DNA of 50,732 nt from Octopus bimaculoides (GCF_001194135.2 NC_069000.1:29403191-29453922); one strand, 5' to 3'. Positions 25,346-37,854 are shown, numbered from the stretch's first letter. The notes: generated by a model not told the origin, from the sequence alone. Program-made: numbers and translations.

Positions 25346-25551
25346 TTAGTGTTCAGATATAATGCTTATTTATTCACATTGCTTTGAGCTTATCATGCAT
25401 TATGTTGTAGCTTCAAGGTTTCGATGATGTAATTGTTTATTTTTAGAATGACATTGTAGGGTATGTGTGAAAGACCAGACCAGCCAGATTGAATGAAAAA
25501 CAGGTAAAATATTTGGGTTGAACATGGCCAGTTTAAATGCTAAAGGGTTAA
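25346..25551. mobile_element. piggyBac-type MITE interrupting the hAT transposase frame
   Basis: Right end aatgctaaagggTTAA (CCC/GGG terminus with a TTAA site); left end degenerate. The hAT frame resumes after it. Confidence 0.55.
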
Positions 25552-26212
25552 TCATGGGTTTAATAACTTATGGACAAGTAGTGAAATTGCTATGAAATTC
25601 CCATTGCTTTGACAAGAAATAAGATTATATTTCATTGTTTTTCCTACGTTTTATTTAGCTGGGCCAGGTTTTAACCAAATGACTTCCCTACTATCAAAAG
25701 TTCTCAATTGCTTAAAAATTTTAAGTAGAAGTGATCTTCATTTGTCTCTATAAAACATGGATTCTGATATTGCAAAACTGCATCAGACACAAGGATCTCA
25801 CTGAATAAATAAATATGGTTAAATATGATACATTTTTAAAATTTTGCTAGAGGATTTTATTCTTGCCTTCAAAAAGTAATAATTTTTTTGAAGTTTTAAA
25901 TTTTGGGGTTGTCTTTAGTTATGCATGTTATATCAGAAAAATATGGTGCCTCAGCATGGCCATAGCTCCTAAGCTGAAACTAGTTAAAGGATATGATTTT
26001 ATTAACCCTACAAAATATTTTTGATTTTGTGAATTAGAATAATAGAGAATATATGTGCAATTAATAGACACTGTTATTTTTATGGAGTTTATTACATTAA
26101 TGGTAGAATACATATCACCTTTGAAAAATTTTTTTTGATGTTTATTCATTACACTTTAACTCTTTAACTTGTTTCAGTCATTTGACTGCGGCCATGCTGC
26201 ATTATAAAATTT

Positions 26213-26694
26213 NNNNNNNNNNNNNNNNNNNNNNNNNNNNNNNNNNNNNNNNNNNNNNNNNNNNNNNNNNNNNNNNNNNNNNNNNNNNNNNNNNNNNNNN
26301 NNNNNNNNNNNNNNNNNNNNNNNNNNNNNNNNNNNNNNNNNNNNNNNNNNNNNNNNNNNNNNNNNNNNNNNNNNNNNNNNNNNNNNNNNNNNNNNNNNNN
26401 NNNNNNNNNNNNNNNNNNNNNNNNNNNNNNNNNNNNNNNNNNNNNNNNNNNNNNNNNNNNNNNNNNNNNNNNNNNNNNNNNNNNNNNNNNNNNNNNNNNN
26501 NNNNNNNNNNNNNNNNNNNNNNNNNNNNNNNNNNNNNNNNNNNNNNNNNNNNNNNNNNNNNNNNNNNNNNNNNNNNNNNNNNNNNNNNNNNNNNNNNNNN
26601 NNNNNNNNNNNNNNNNNNNNNNNNNNNNNNNNNNNNNNNNNNNNNNNNNNNNNNNNNNNNNNNNNNNNNNNNNNNNNNNNNNNNNNNNNNNNNN
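26213..26694. other. Assembly gap (other gaps 24744-24753, 36814-37777, 40181-40442, about 48260-48766)
   Basis: N runs, several flanked by TA microsatellites. Confidence 0.99.
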
Positions 26695-26900
26695 TAGTGG
26701 CATTTCTTTTTAGCTCTTTACATTCTAAGTTCAAATACTGCCAAGTCATCCTTTTGGGATCGATAAAATAAAGTACCAGTGGTGCTTGAACTCAGAGATT
26801 AATTAATCGGTGAAGGACGAGGAAGTGGTGGTGATATAGAATTTCAGAAAAACGAACATTGAAAGGAGTGATGTTCATACGTCTGCCAGTAGCAGTGGCC

Positions 26901-27394
26901 GCATAACTTACACAAGGGTACCCCCTAAGACTTTATTTCCTCATAACTTCCAGGAAAATGGATATTCTTTAATGAAATTCTTTACAAATCTGTTGTGAAA
27001 AAATTTTCCCGATGTTGCAGAGAGGACTGTATTTTTTTTATGAAGTTTCTACAAATATATTTCATATGGTGAAAGTTACGATTATATACGAATATGAAAT
27101 GAACGAAATAAGACATTAGTGGGCTCGCAGGCAAATATACTGATACACATCACATATATCTATAAAATGAAACTTGAAATTTTGAAAAATTTGTGATGTG
27201 TATCAGAATGTATGTATGTATGTATGTATGTATGCATGCATGCACGGCTACCAATTTTTTCTTTCTTTTTCATATTGAATTCCGATATACTCGTAATGTA
27301 CACCATCTGAAGTGTATTTGTAGAGAATTTCATTAAAACATATCCATTTTTTAACAGTTATGAGGAAACGAAATTGGAGTTGTGTTAGGTATGC
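26901..27394. mobile_element. About 495-bp MITE with about 90-bp imperfect TIRs
   Basis: Left gcataacttacacaa..tttatttcctcataact..aaaatggatattctttaatgaaattctttacaaat matches the reverse complement of right atttgtagagaattttcattaaaacatatccatttt..agttatgaggaaacgaaa..ttgtgttaggtatgc. Confidence 0.75.
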
Positions 27395-28327
27395 CGCAGT
27401 AGCGATCTCAGAGAAGCGAAATATGTATAATGAGAAATCGAAACCGAATCCCAGAATTAATTCGCCTGCAGCACAACTCTGCTCTAAGTGAATTTATGTA
27501 TGGGAACGACAGACGAAGCTAGTGTCGTGTTCATGCCTTGCTTTTGACTAATGCTTATTTGTGAAATGAAATGAGCATAAATCAAGATGCATCGAGAGAG
27601 CAATTAGGTTCCTACGATGCAGAAATATCCCAGCCCTCACCTCCACCAAAAAACGAACGTATCAAAATATCAATAATGAAATCATGGCAAAACATATAAA
27701 CAAACAGCACAAATATAGCATATTGTGGTGTGTACAATATACATTTCGAGATGACCCGGAATTCAGCTAATCAGTGCAGAGGCGAGAGGCCACACATACA
27801 CGTATTCTTTCAAAGAACGCATACACAGATGTGCTGTGCGTATGTGATGTTGTTTAGCACCAGGTCAGCTCTCATCGAGCGATCGAAAACGTTCTAGTCG
27901 TCATTATTCCGTCTATTTTACAGATATAAAGTGTCTAGAACAACATTAAGTGATGTATCATTCATAGTTTAAGACGAAAAGATGGGATTTGAAGATTTAC
28001 CTGGTATTTCTAGCAGACTGACCGCACAATGGCTAAGTCAAGGACTCGCGCGCGCGCGAGAGAGAGAGTGTATATCTGTGTGGTAGTCCCTAGCTATCTA
28101 CGTAAATCCGGGTTAGTTTCTATTCAATAATAAATGTTTCATATCTACATATGTGACTACCTATCAATGTGTAGGTGTTTGTACACACACACATCTTCGT
28201 ATATATTTGTATATCTATAAATATATTGTTATAATCCGTCTCAGACCGCATACTGTCAGCTTATAATAAATTTGTGCATACATATATCTATATACATATA
28301 TACACATATACGTGTGTGTGTGTGTCT

Positions 28328-28666
28328 TTTACCCGTTTCAGTCACCATACTGCGGCCATGCTGGGGTACCGCCATCTTAAAGAGTTTTAGTTGAATGAAT
28401 CGAGCCCAGTGCTTACATTAAAAAAAAAAAATTGGTACTTAGTTTATCGGTCTCTTTTGCCGAACCGCTACGTCACGGGGACACAAACACATCAACACCG
28501 GTAGTCAAGTAATGGTGGGGAACAAACACACAGATATATATGACGAGCTTCTTTCAGTTGTCTACCAAATCCAAATCCACTCACAAGGCTTTGGTCAGCC
28601 CGAAGCTATAGTAGAAAACACTTGCTCAAGGTGTCACGCAATGGGACTGAACAAAGAACTATGCGG

Positions 28667-28668
<2 letters not shown>
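28328..28668 (-). mobile_element. SINE-A copy with CpGs retained
   Basis: Reverse complement of a near-complete SINE-A; keeps gcggcc, cgagccc, gccgaaccgc and cccgaagc. Confidence 0.85.
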
Positions 28669-28701
<33 letters not shown>

Positions 28702-30489
28702 TATAGATATATATATATAAAGAGAGAGAGAGATGTACACATGCATGTATATATGCATGTATGTATGTATATATGTATAAGTAACAGTCTACTTTTGAGT
28801 TGTCCTTGCCTGTTCATGTTTGTAAGGAACCAAAAGAAATCTGCCGTGTTTTGGTGGAGAAAAAGTGTTAAAGTGTCACTACGAATCTTAATTTAGAATG
28901 TATGTGGGGGTGCACATATATTTCAGGGGTCAAGGAATGGCATGATTTTATGAGGGAGAGGTAGAGTGATAGACTAAGTGAACTGTGGATACGCATTGTG
29001 TGTGTGTAATAAATACAATGGACAAAAACAAAGAAAAACAATAACACAAGAGGACAACATATTTTGTTAAAACATGTCCTTGTTGCGTTATTGTTTTTCT
29101 GTAATAGCTTAACGTTTAAAAGGAAAGGAAAAAGCAGCAATATTTCGGACGTTAGTCCCACATTAGCAAAAATAGTAAATGAGTGAGAAAGAGAAGAAAA
29201 GTGGTTGTGAGAAGAAAAATAAATGTTTAAAAGCCAGGTAGGGAATGCGGTTCTACCGGGAGTGGGGAGTTTAAATGGGAGGGTGGTATATGTGTGTGTG
29301 TGATTTGGGGGATGGGTAGAGGTGCGAAAGTGGTGTGGGTTACTGGGGGTGTGAGGTGTCCATGTGAGTAATCGTAATGTGGGGGTGGGAGCAGGCGTGA
29401 GCGTGAGGTTAAAGTAAAGGCAAGTGGAATGTGGAAAGAAACGTGTGAAAGGGTATGTATGAGTGTGATGCACTTGCACAGAAGGAAAGACACAATACAC
29501 TCAATAAGAATATGCATGAATGATAATGTGTACGTGTGCATATACGTATGTATACACGAGTCTCCGCGCGTGCGTATATGTGTGTGTGTACAAACGTACA
29601 AATATGAGAAATAGTACTCAAAATGAGTAGCAGAATTTATTCACATATTCGATCAAAGTTGAGACATCGAATACCCACTTCTCTGAGTTCCCTGTTCTTG
29701 TGCGCGCGCGAGTGTGTGTGTGTACTTATATATTGCATCCAGTATGGTCATCTGCAGCAGAAGAAAGCTAACAGTTTATCAAGGAAGCGATACTGTTGAG
29801 TAGCGAATGTTTTTTTGTAAATTAACATAATTCACACTACATCGTATACAATTCTAGCGCTACATGAAAACGTGTCTACACGAACCATTATAATCATTAA
29901 AGTGATATCTACTGATCTGGAACTGATCAGAAGGCTGCATGTTTATCGTAATTTACAAGGTGGCACAGTATGATCATAGCTCGCAGGTTGAAGCGAGTAA
30001 AAATGTTTGTGTGTGTGTGTGAGAGAGAGAGAGAGACTAATGTTGTGGGTACAGACGTTCACCTTCCTCCTTTTCCTACCTCCATCGCATACATTCTTAT
30101 AAAGAAAGTGAAAGGTCTAGATCGATAGATAAATATATAAAAGGTACATAAGCTGGTGGAACGGTAGGTAGATAGCTAGGCACCTTAGTAGGCGGGTAGA
30201 AGTAGATATAGGTGAACATACATGTAGACGAGATAGGAGATGGTATATTTAGATAAATAGTCACTAATTAATTCAAATGTCTTGGCTTATTACATTAAGT
30301 GCACTAGCGCCAATTCTACTGTTCATTTTTTTATGCAATCGGAGTCCCTGGATTATTTTACCCAATCATAAATCCAAAGTTATAGCACCATTTACAGACA
30401 TCCTCTATACCGCTTTCGTCATCTAAAGACTAATAGTCACTGTTACACTAACCTTTGCAGATGATGATTAAGAAGACTCAAGTCCAGAG

Positions 30490-31600
30490 TTTATTTCAAT
30501 TTTAATTAAATTAAAAGTTTGGGGTTGTCTCCCATGTCTTTTTATACCAGAATTAGTCATTTAAATAATGGTGTTCTCATCACTGAGGCTGTAATTTTAA
30601 TTCATTAAAATTTCAGGGTTATCCATCTTGCCATTTTGGACCTGAATTAGTAATTTAACTAATGATTATTATCAGATGTAATTTTCATTAATTAAAATGT
30701 TTTGGTTTACTACATCAAGTATGCTAGCACCCAATAGATAGTTAGCTAGAGCAGCTAAATTTCCCTCAACTGAACTCTATTGTATTAAACAAGGCCTCAT
30801 TAGACAATGTAATGCTAAACACCGCTATAGAGGATGGTCATGGTTGGAATCTCTTTGATTATGAGTCTACTATTAAAGCTGTGACTAACCATTGACAATA
30901 ACAAAAAATTATTTAAAATTTTAACTGGTTTTCTGTTTGTTTTGATGATGAGTGTTCCAGTTGATCCGATCAACGGAACAGCCTGCTCGTGAAATGAACA
31001 TGCAAGTGGCTGAGCACTCCACAGACATGCATAGCCTTAAGGGGGGATGGATTCACTGTGAAAAAATGTGACAAGGCTGGCCCTTTAAATTACATATACA
31101 ACTCAATTTTGCCAGCTGAGTTGACTGGAGCAATGTGAAATAAAGTGCCTTACTCAAAGATACAACACGCTACTGGGAATCAAACTCATGACCATAGGAT
31201 CATGAGCTGAATACCCTAACCACTAAAAAAAGCCATGTGCCTTCACATTTCAAATAATAGTTCCAGATTAGATATCTTTCATTATCACAAGTTACCTTCC
31301 TATATATTTCACATTCAAACCCTATCTGTGCTACCTGTCTTTCATCTCTGCAGCATCAATACATACTGGGCTTGATTTAATCTATTGTACCTGACTTTTA
31401 TTACAGATCTGAAGTAATTGTAATTTCTAGAAGAAAAAAAAAAAATGCTAGTGGTGAGGTGGATTTGGAGATTAGTTTAGTCCAGATCCAATAATCCTAT
31501 AGAATGTAGGTAGTTGGGCAACCCCAAAATTTTAGTTAATTAAAATTACACCCTTAGAGATGAAAATATTTGATATCTAAATGAATAATTCTGGTAAAAA
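30490..31600. mobile_element. Foldback-like AT-rich element with nested repeat D and SINE-C
   Basis: ttttaattaaattaaaagtttggggttgtc (about 30500) is inverted relative to ggcaaccccaaaattttagttaattaaaa (about 31518). Degenerate subunits of about 70 bp at 30490-30710. Confidence 0.5.
30945..31250 (-). mobile_element. SINE-C variant (tRNA head, CORE-like ccagtcaactcagctgg centre, hairpin tail)
   Basis: Minus strand: tagtggttagggtattcagctcatgatcctatggtcatgagtttgattcccag head; tail ggagtgctcagccacttgca..gttccgttgatcggatcaactggaac shared with 46190-46580. Confidence 0.8.
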
Positions 31601-31884
31601 AAAGAAGTCAGGGTATGCAACTCAGAAATCTGAATTGAGTCTAATATATCTGAAGTAGTGGACATATTCAATGCTCCAGATATACTAGGCCTTTAGCTTA
31701 GCTAAGGACCATACTTCACAGGCAGTGGTCAATGGCCTGGGGTGCAGTTTGACACTTTGGATATTTATGCTCTCTAGTCAAGTTTATTTCTGGATGCTTT
31801 GTGCAGGCCACAGGGCCACAGCCAAGGCAAAAGGGAAAAAGTGGATTCAGAGTAAAACAGTCTGTTCTGAACTTATTAATGATG

Positions 31885-32050
31885 AAAAGGCAGTGAGCTG
31901 GTAAAAAATCATTACCATGCCAGGCGAAATGCTTTGCAGCATTTTGCCCATCATCATGTTCTGAGTTCAAATGCCAAGGTCAAATTTGCCTTTCGTCCCT
32001 TTGGGGACAATAAAATAAGTGTCAATTGAGCACTATAGTAGGAAGAATTA
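31885..32050 (+). mobile_element. SINE-B copy
   Basis: aaggcagtgagctgg..ttctgagttcaaatgccaaggtcaaatttgcc. Confidence 0.75.
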
Positions 32051-32379
32051 TTAATGACAAATATCTCAATGGAGTGTTACAAGATAATGAGTCTATTGAT
32101 TATGATGATGTTTTTGTTGTTGTTTAGATGCAAATTAGCTCTGATCAAGCAGATTTGAGGCAAGACTGCCTGCTTTTTTTTTTCTTTTTTTTTTTGCATA
32201 GTGATTCCCAGTTCTTTTTGGGGGGGGAGGGGGGTTTCCAACAAAAGGATAGAATTTATGGAGTATACAGCTGCTATTCATAGCAGGTTGAGTGATTGCT
32301 TAAAAGCTACCTCAATCAATCATGAAAATATACTACTTTTTGTTTATGGACCATGAAACAGGAATAGTGTTCGTAAGAT

Positions 32380-33330
32380 GGTACAGTGGTGGTGTGTTGT
32401 AAGAAGTACCTGCACTGAGTAGAAGGGACAATGTTCTTAGAATAGTGTTGTGGTCGTAGTAGTGGTGTTGTGTTGGTTGTAGTGGTGGTCGTGATAATAA
32501 AGCTCTTAGCAGTGGTGTGTAGGTTACAGTAGCAGTATATTGGTTGAAGTAATAATGATAGTGTAGTTTTGGTGGGTGTGTTTCAAAGTAGTAATAGTAG
32601 TAGTGATACGGTAGTTCTTGTGGAGTTGTGTTAGTTGGCGGTGTGACCTCCTATAATGTGACAGTGTTGAGTACACTACTGGTTGTTGAAACTTGTTTAT
32701 GATAATGGTGGTGAAGGTAGTGAAGGTGGTAGGCTCAATCTAATGTGACAATCACCTTAGAGGGCTTGGCAACCACCACTATTATACAACAAAAATAACA
32801 GCAACAGCGCTGAGTCACGACAATACAACCCAGCGACTGTTTGTCAACATAGATTGATACACACACACACAAAACACACATACCTCTCTTTGCCACACGA
32901 TTTGTAACGAAGGTTGGTGTTTGTGGAGAAGAATAGGTCTGTGTTGAATGTATCCCTTTTCTCACACACAATTACACATGTAAACACATTCTACACACCC
33001 ACTTATGTATTTGTAGGAAAACAGGTACACACACACTCACACATATAGTTATATAAAGTTTAATAAGTTGGGTGCAGTAATCCCACCCACCACCATTATA
33101 CTATTACGCGGCTGCTACAACTAAGTTCTCTGTAATTACTACGACAATCACGAATGCTATAACTAACTCCACACCTACTACTAACGCAGTTCTACCAGCA
33201 ATGCAACTGCCAAGACAAACAATATCCATTTTACAGCTTTATGTCTGTCACATCGATAACAGCAATTATCACAACTACATTTCTACACATTAATAAATAC
33301 CACTAGCAACCTTAACAACAACCACTACCA
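32380..33330. repeat. Degenerate (GTA/GTG)n tract followed by a degenerate (ACT/ACC)n tract
   Basis: G/T-rich 32380-32735; A/C-rich 32760-33330. Confidence 0.6.
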
Positions 33331-34514
33331 TCACAGGAAAAAAAAAGGGGGGGGGACTGAATTTTTTGTCTAAAGAATTTCATTTATCGGGCTTTAAGAT
33401 AATGAATTGTGATTTCATCCCACATACGTGTAATGCCACTATAGAAATTGTGTTATCACTGTGTACAAGTCGAGTATTGTCAGTTAAAAACTGACTTAAA
33501 AATATAAATTGCTTTATCAATTACAGTATTTAGATGAAAATGACTTTTTTTTCATTGTCATTTTAATTTCTGTTCACTAGCACTAATACAACCACCATCT
33601 TACTAATTCCCACCGATCCCAGTATGATAAGGCAGTTAACTAAATACTGTTTTTCCTGAATATGGCCAATGGGGTCATATTTGATTGGGTTTTAGACTTT
33701 TAGACTGTTCAGCAAATAGTTGAAGAAAGTTCGCAAAGGTCTGTTTCGAGTAGAAACAGGATTGTTAACAAGGATTGCTTGAAATGTTAGAAGTCGACTC
33801 TTCGTCACAGTAAAACATTTTATTCCACTTTGTGAACTTCCCTAAAAGTATTTGCTGACGTAGATCATCATTAGTTTTCTTGGACTGTATTGTTTTAATT
33901 TATTACCTACAGATGTTGCATGCCCAAACTTCTACGCAATGCTGTTTAACGCTTTTACACAAATAATGATTATATTTATATTTCAAAGTGAATTGCAAAT
34001 TCTTATTTGCTTCAGTCTGCCAGGCTAACCATAGTTGAGTGGCTAACCATATGAGCAATCCTTACTTAAATGGGGAGAAAACCAATGGTTTAAACAATAT
34101 CAATCATAGTAAAAACACACACAGCTATCCAATCTAAGCATGAAACACAAATATACATAAAAACATATATCAGTGGATATAAATAGCTTGCATTGTGAGG
34201 CGTTCTACTCAGCTGCCAACTGAAACATCTTATTTCAGCAACTTCTGGTCTTCTGACAGCACCAATCCTACCAGTGGCACTAAATAGTATTGATATGGAT
34301 AGATAGATAGACATACATACTCCCACAAACACACATATATATACATATACACACACAGTGAAAGAGAACAGTTAAGTGTCCAAACAATGGGACTGAACCC
34401 AAAACTATGTAGTTTCAAATTGGACTTCTTAACCACATAGCCAAATATGCACCTATTCAAATATACCTATAGTTATACACATATTTATATACATACACAT
34501 ACACAGACCGTCAT

Positions 34515-34955
34515 TGTCATCATCATCATTGTTTTAACATCCACTTTTTCATACTTGCATATAAGTTGAATAGGGTTTACTGAGCCAGATTTTCTATGGC
34601 CTCATGCTCTTCCTGTCACCAGCTGTTACCTGCTTTCAAACAAGTTTAATATTTCCCCTTGACCAAACATTTTTGTAGAATACTGGAAATGAATGACACC
34701 AATTGTATGACACTCATTTACAATCATCACACTATATCAAGACAAGGAGACACAAATGTACACGTGTACACACACACACACATATAAATTTATATACACA
34801 ATGAGTTTCTCAAAGTTTTCATCTTCCAAATTCACTGACAAGGCTTTGGTCCGTTCAGGGCTGTAGTAGAAGACAATGGCTCATTGTGTCATGTAATGGA
34901 ATTGAACTTAAAACCATATGGTTGGAAAGCAAACTTCTTAAACACACAGCCATAT
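34515..34955 (-). mobile_element. RTE-type 3' tail (34515-34760) and SINE-A 5' half (34790-34955); another SINE-A head at about 34365-34455
   Basis: catcatcattgttttaacatccac..; acaaggctttggtc..gctgtagtagaagac..ggttggaaagcaaacttctta. Confidence 0.7.
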
Positions 34956-34994
34956 ACATATGAATATCTGGCTGCATAATGTATGTATGTTATA

Positions 34995-36000
34995 CGTTTA
35001 CTGAGTAGTCTCAGAAGAATACATCCTACCAGTTTTTAGCACACCATTACCATCATGATAATGTGCACAGAAAAAGATACTCTGCAAGCCATGCACCAAC
35101 TGTGATTCAGGGACTACAATCCTTGAATGTCCTGTGCATTCTGGTTGTGGTATATTTGTGGGCTGATAGCAAACAAACTTGAAATTTTCCAACATTAAAT
35201 TGCATATATATTTTCTTCAGCCCACTTGTAGATAGTATCATATTAAGGTCTTGGTGGTGGTTTGCAGCATCACCAGGGTTCTTTTATTGCCAAGATACTT
35301 TTCTATTATTAGTACAGATAGTGAGAATGGCTGACATGTTTTAGAAGGCACCCTACCAAAGTAATAGCCCTATGACAGTTCTCTATGGGACTTCATTCAA
35401 AATCAGTATTTTCTTTGAGCAAGCACTGCTACCGGCAACCTCCTGACTGCTATCTTCTAAAAAGTCACATAGCCACTCTCCTAATTTCCTAACTGTGCCA
35501 GAATTATACAGTTTGCAACAGACCATTCCATGGTGAACCATATCAAAAATGTAATCTATGACCACTATATCCCTATGTAAAGCTGTGGTATCAAAAAATT
35601 CATTGTTTATATCCAGGTATCCCAACAGGGAAGTGAAAACACTTTCAAACTGCTCATTCAATATTTTCTCTTATTTTTGTGGGGGAGCCAAGTGTTTTTG
35701 ATGAGTTATATCTTTGGAACAAGGGCCCATTTAGTAATGCACTATGGCTGATTTTCAAACAAATATGTAGGAAAGTTTAGAGTTTACTTTTACATCCTCT
35801 GTAGCTGTGGTTTCGCAATCTAGTATCGCCTTTTCATGATATTGTTCATTTTAAATGGGATTTATTAGTGTCTTTTAATAAAGCAATTTGAGACCTTTGT
35901 ACTACATCTCATAAAAACTTTCATTTCTCTTGGAATATACATTTATACATGTTAGCCTTTCTTCACAAGACATTTAAAACATATGGCTTGCATTACTAAC
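34995..36000 (-). mobile_element. CR1-like LINE reverse transcriptase fragment (internally deleted)
   Basis: Degenerate ..KIR-ILNEQFESVFTS..DIVVID..FDMVHHGMVCCKL...G...KLGEWL-DFL-D-SQ.V....NEVP*-TVIG, followed by KWAEEN-MQFNVGKFQ. This corresponds to the CR1/L2 RT motifs DF-KAFD and GVPQG-VLGP. Confidence 0.8.
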
Positions 36001-36189
36001 AAAGACTTTCCCACCAGTTTTGCTGGAGGATCTTCTATTGAGTTAATTCCCAATCAGTTTTGGGAAACTAATAGGCTGAATAAAGCATACTGCTTCTTGT
36101 AAGGAGCACACCTATAGTTTTTTTAGATTACACATTGTAAGTTCTATCAGATTATACATATAAACATAGAGATATGTGTGTGTGTGTGA

Positions 36190-36299
36190 ATATATATATA
36201 TATATATCCAAACACACACACACACACATGTATACATATGTTTTTATACATATATATATATATCCAAACACACACACACACATGTATACATATGTTTTT

Positions 36300-36302
<3 letters not shown>
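36190..36302. repeat. Tandem duplication of a ~56-bp microsatellite-derived unit
   Basis: (ta)n-tccaaacacacac..atgtatacatatgtttttatac occurs twice. Confidence 0.85.
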
Positions 36303-36349
<47 letters not shown>

Positions 36350-36412
36350 CAGAGATGTACTTGCATAGCAAGTGACTAGATCTGAGATCATGTGCTGAAA
36401 CAAAAACAATTG

Positions 36413-36775
36413 CAGCATGGAAGATATTTGTAAGCCAGTCAAGAACACACAAAAACAGTTAGTTTTTGGCACTGCATCTGAGAGAGTAACAGTTAGTTCA
36501 TGATATATATGTGTGTATGTATGTATGCATGTATGTATATGTATACGTGCACAAACACATATAAATACATACATGCATATATACATACATACATTCATAC
36601 ATAAACACATATATCACAAACTAACTGTTCTCTCAGATACAGCACCAAGTTTTGTCAGTGAACAGGTTACGGTTTCAAAGTGATGAAAATATTCTGACAC
36701 AAATGAAACTTAAATGTTGAAGTGAAACTAACAGTTTTTGTGTGTTCTTGAATGGCTAACAAATATCTTCCACAC

Positions 36776-36777
<2 letters not shown>
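36413..36777. repeat. 365-bp foldback with ~100-bp inverted arms (right arm interrupted by ~77 bp)
   Basis: 36413-36465 matches the reverse complement of 36725-36777; 36469-36512 matches that of 36607-36646. The centre is a roughly self-complementary (TATG)n/(CATA)n tract. Confidence 0.85.
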
Positions 36778-36812
<35 letters not shown>

Positions 36813-37854
36813 GNNNNNNNNNNNNNNNNNNNNNNNNNNNNNNNNNNNNNNNNNNNNNNNNNNNNNNNNNNNNNNNNNNNNNNNNNNNNNNNNNNNNNNN
36901 NNNNNNNNNNNNNNNNNNNNNNNNNNNNNNNNNNNNNNNNNNNNNNNNNNNNNNNNNNNNNNNNNNNNNNNNNNNNNNNNNNNNNNNNNNNNNNNNNNNN
37001 NNNNNNNNNNNNNNNNNNNNNNNNNNNNNNNNNNNNNNNNNNNNNNNNNNNNNNNNNNNNNNNNNNNNNNNNNNNNNNNNNNNNNNNNNNNNNNNNNNNN
37101 NNNNNNNNNNNNNNNNNNNNNNNNNNNNNNNNNNNNNNNNNNNNNNNNNNNNNNNNNNNNNNNNNNNNNNNNNNNNNNNNNNNNNNNNNNNNNNNNNNNN
37201 NNNNNNNNNNNNNNNNNNNNNNNNNNNNNNNNNNNNNNNNNNNNNNNNNNNNNNNNNNNNNNNNNNNNNNNNNNNNNNNNNNNNNNNNNNNNNNNNNNNN
37301 NNNNNNNNNNNNNNNNNNNNNNNNNNNNNNNNNNNNNNNNNNNNNNNNNNNNNNNNNNNNNNNNNNNNNNNNNNNNNNNNNNNNNNNNNNNNNNNNNNNN
37401 NNNNNNNNNNNNNNNNNNNNNNNNNNNNNNNNNNNNNNNNNNNNNNNNNNNNNNNNNNNNNNNNNNNNNNNNNNNNNNNNNNNNNNNNNNNNNNNNNNNN
37501 NNNNNNNNNNNNNNNNNNNNNNNNNNNNNNNNNNNNNNNNNNNNNNNNNNNNNNNNNNNNNNNNNNNNNNNNNNNNNNNNNNNNNNNNNNNNNNNNNNNN
37601 NNNNNNNNNNNNNNNNNNNNNNNNNNNNNNNNNNNNNNNNNNNNNNNNNNNNNNNNNNNNNNNNNNNNNNNNNNNNNNNNNNNNNNNNNNNNNNNNNNNN
37701 NNNNNNNNNNNNNNNNNNNNNNNNNNNNNNNNNNNNNNNNNNNNNNNNNNNNNNNNNNNNNNNNNNNNNNNNNNNNNAATATATAAATATATGCATATAT
37801 ACATACATATATGTACATACCTACATATAAATATATATATATATATATATATAC

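Larger units (their letters stand above)
24393..25805 (+). mobile_element. hAT (Charlie/Buster-like) DNA transposon relic with transposase C-terminal pseudogene
   Basis: TIR-like start cagtgtttccccaac. Peptides VKCDIFY..VEKLDLLNKQLQ, FLGKLNLF, EHLKKLHNDMKIRFK, IPEW-VDPF, LIELQSN, LWTSSEIAMKFP..IRLYFIVFPTFYLA..GF and SRSDLHLSL..; stop at 25802-25804. Confidence 0.8.

Noticed and set aside
29258-29390. G-quadruplex cluster
   Set aside because: Loops exceed canonical lengths and G-runs are expected in this degenerate GT-rich tract.
31296-31427. Minus-strand exon with strong acceptor and donor
   Set aside because: Stops in all three frames; it partly overlaps the foldback relic.
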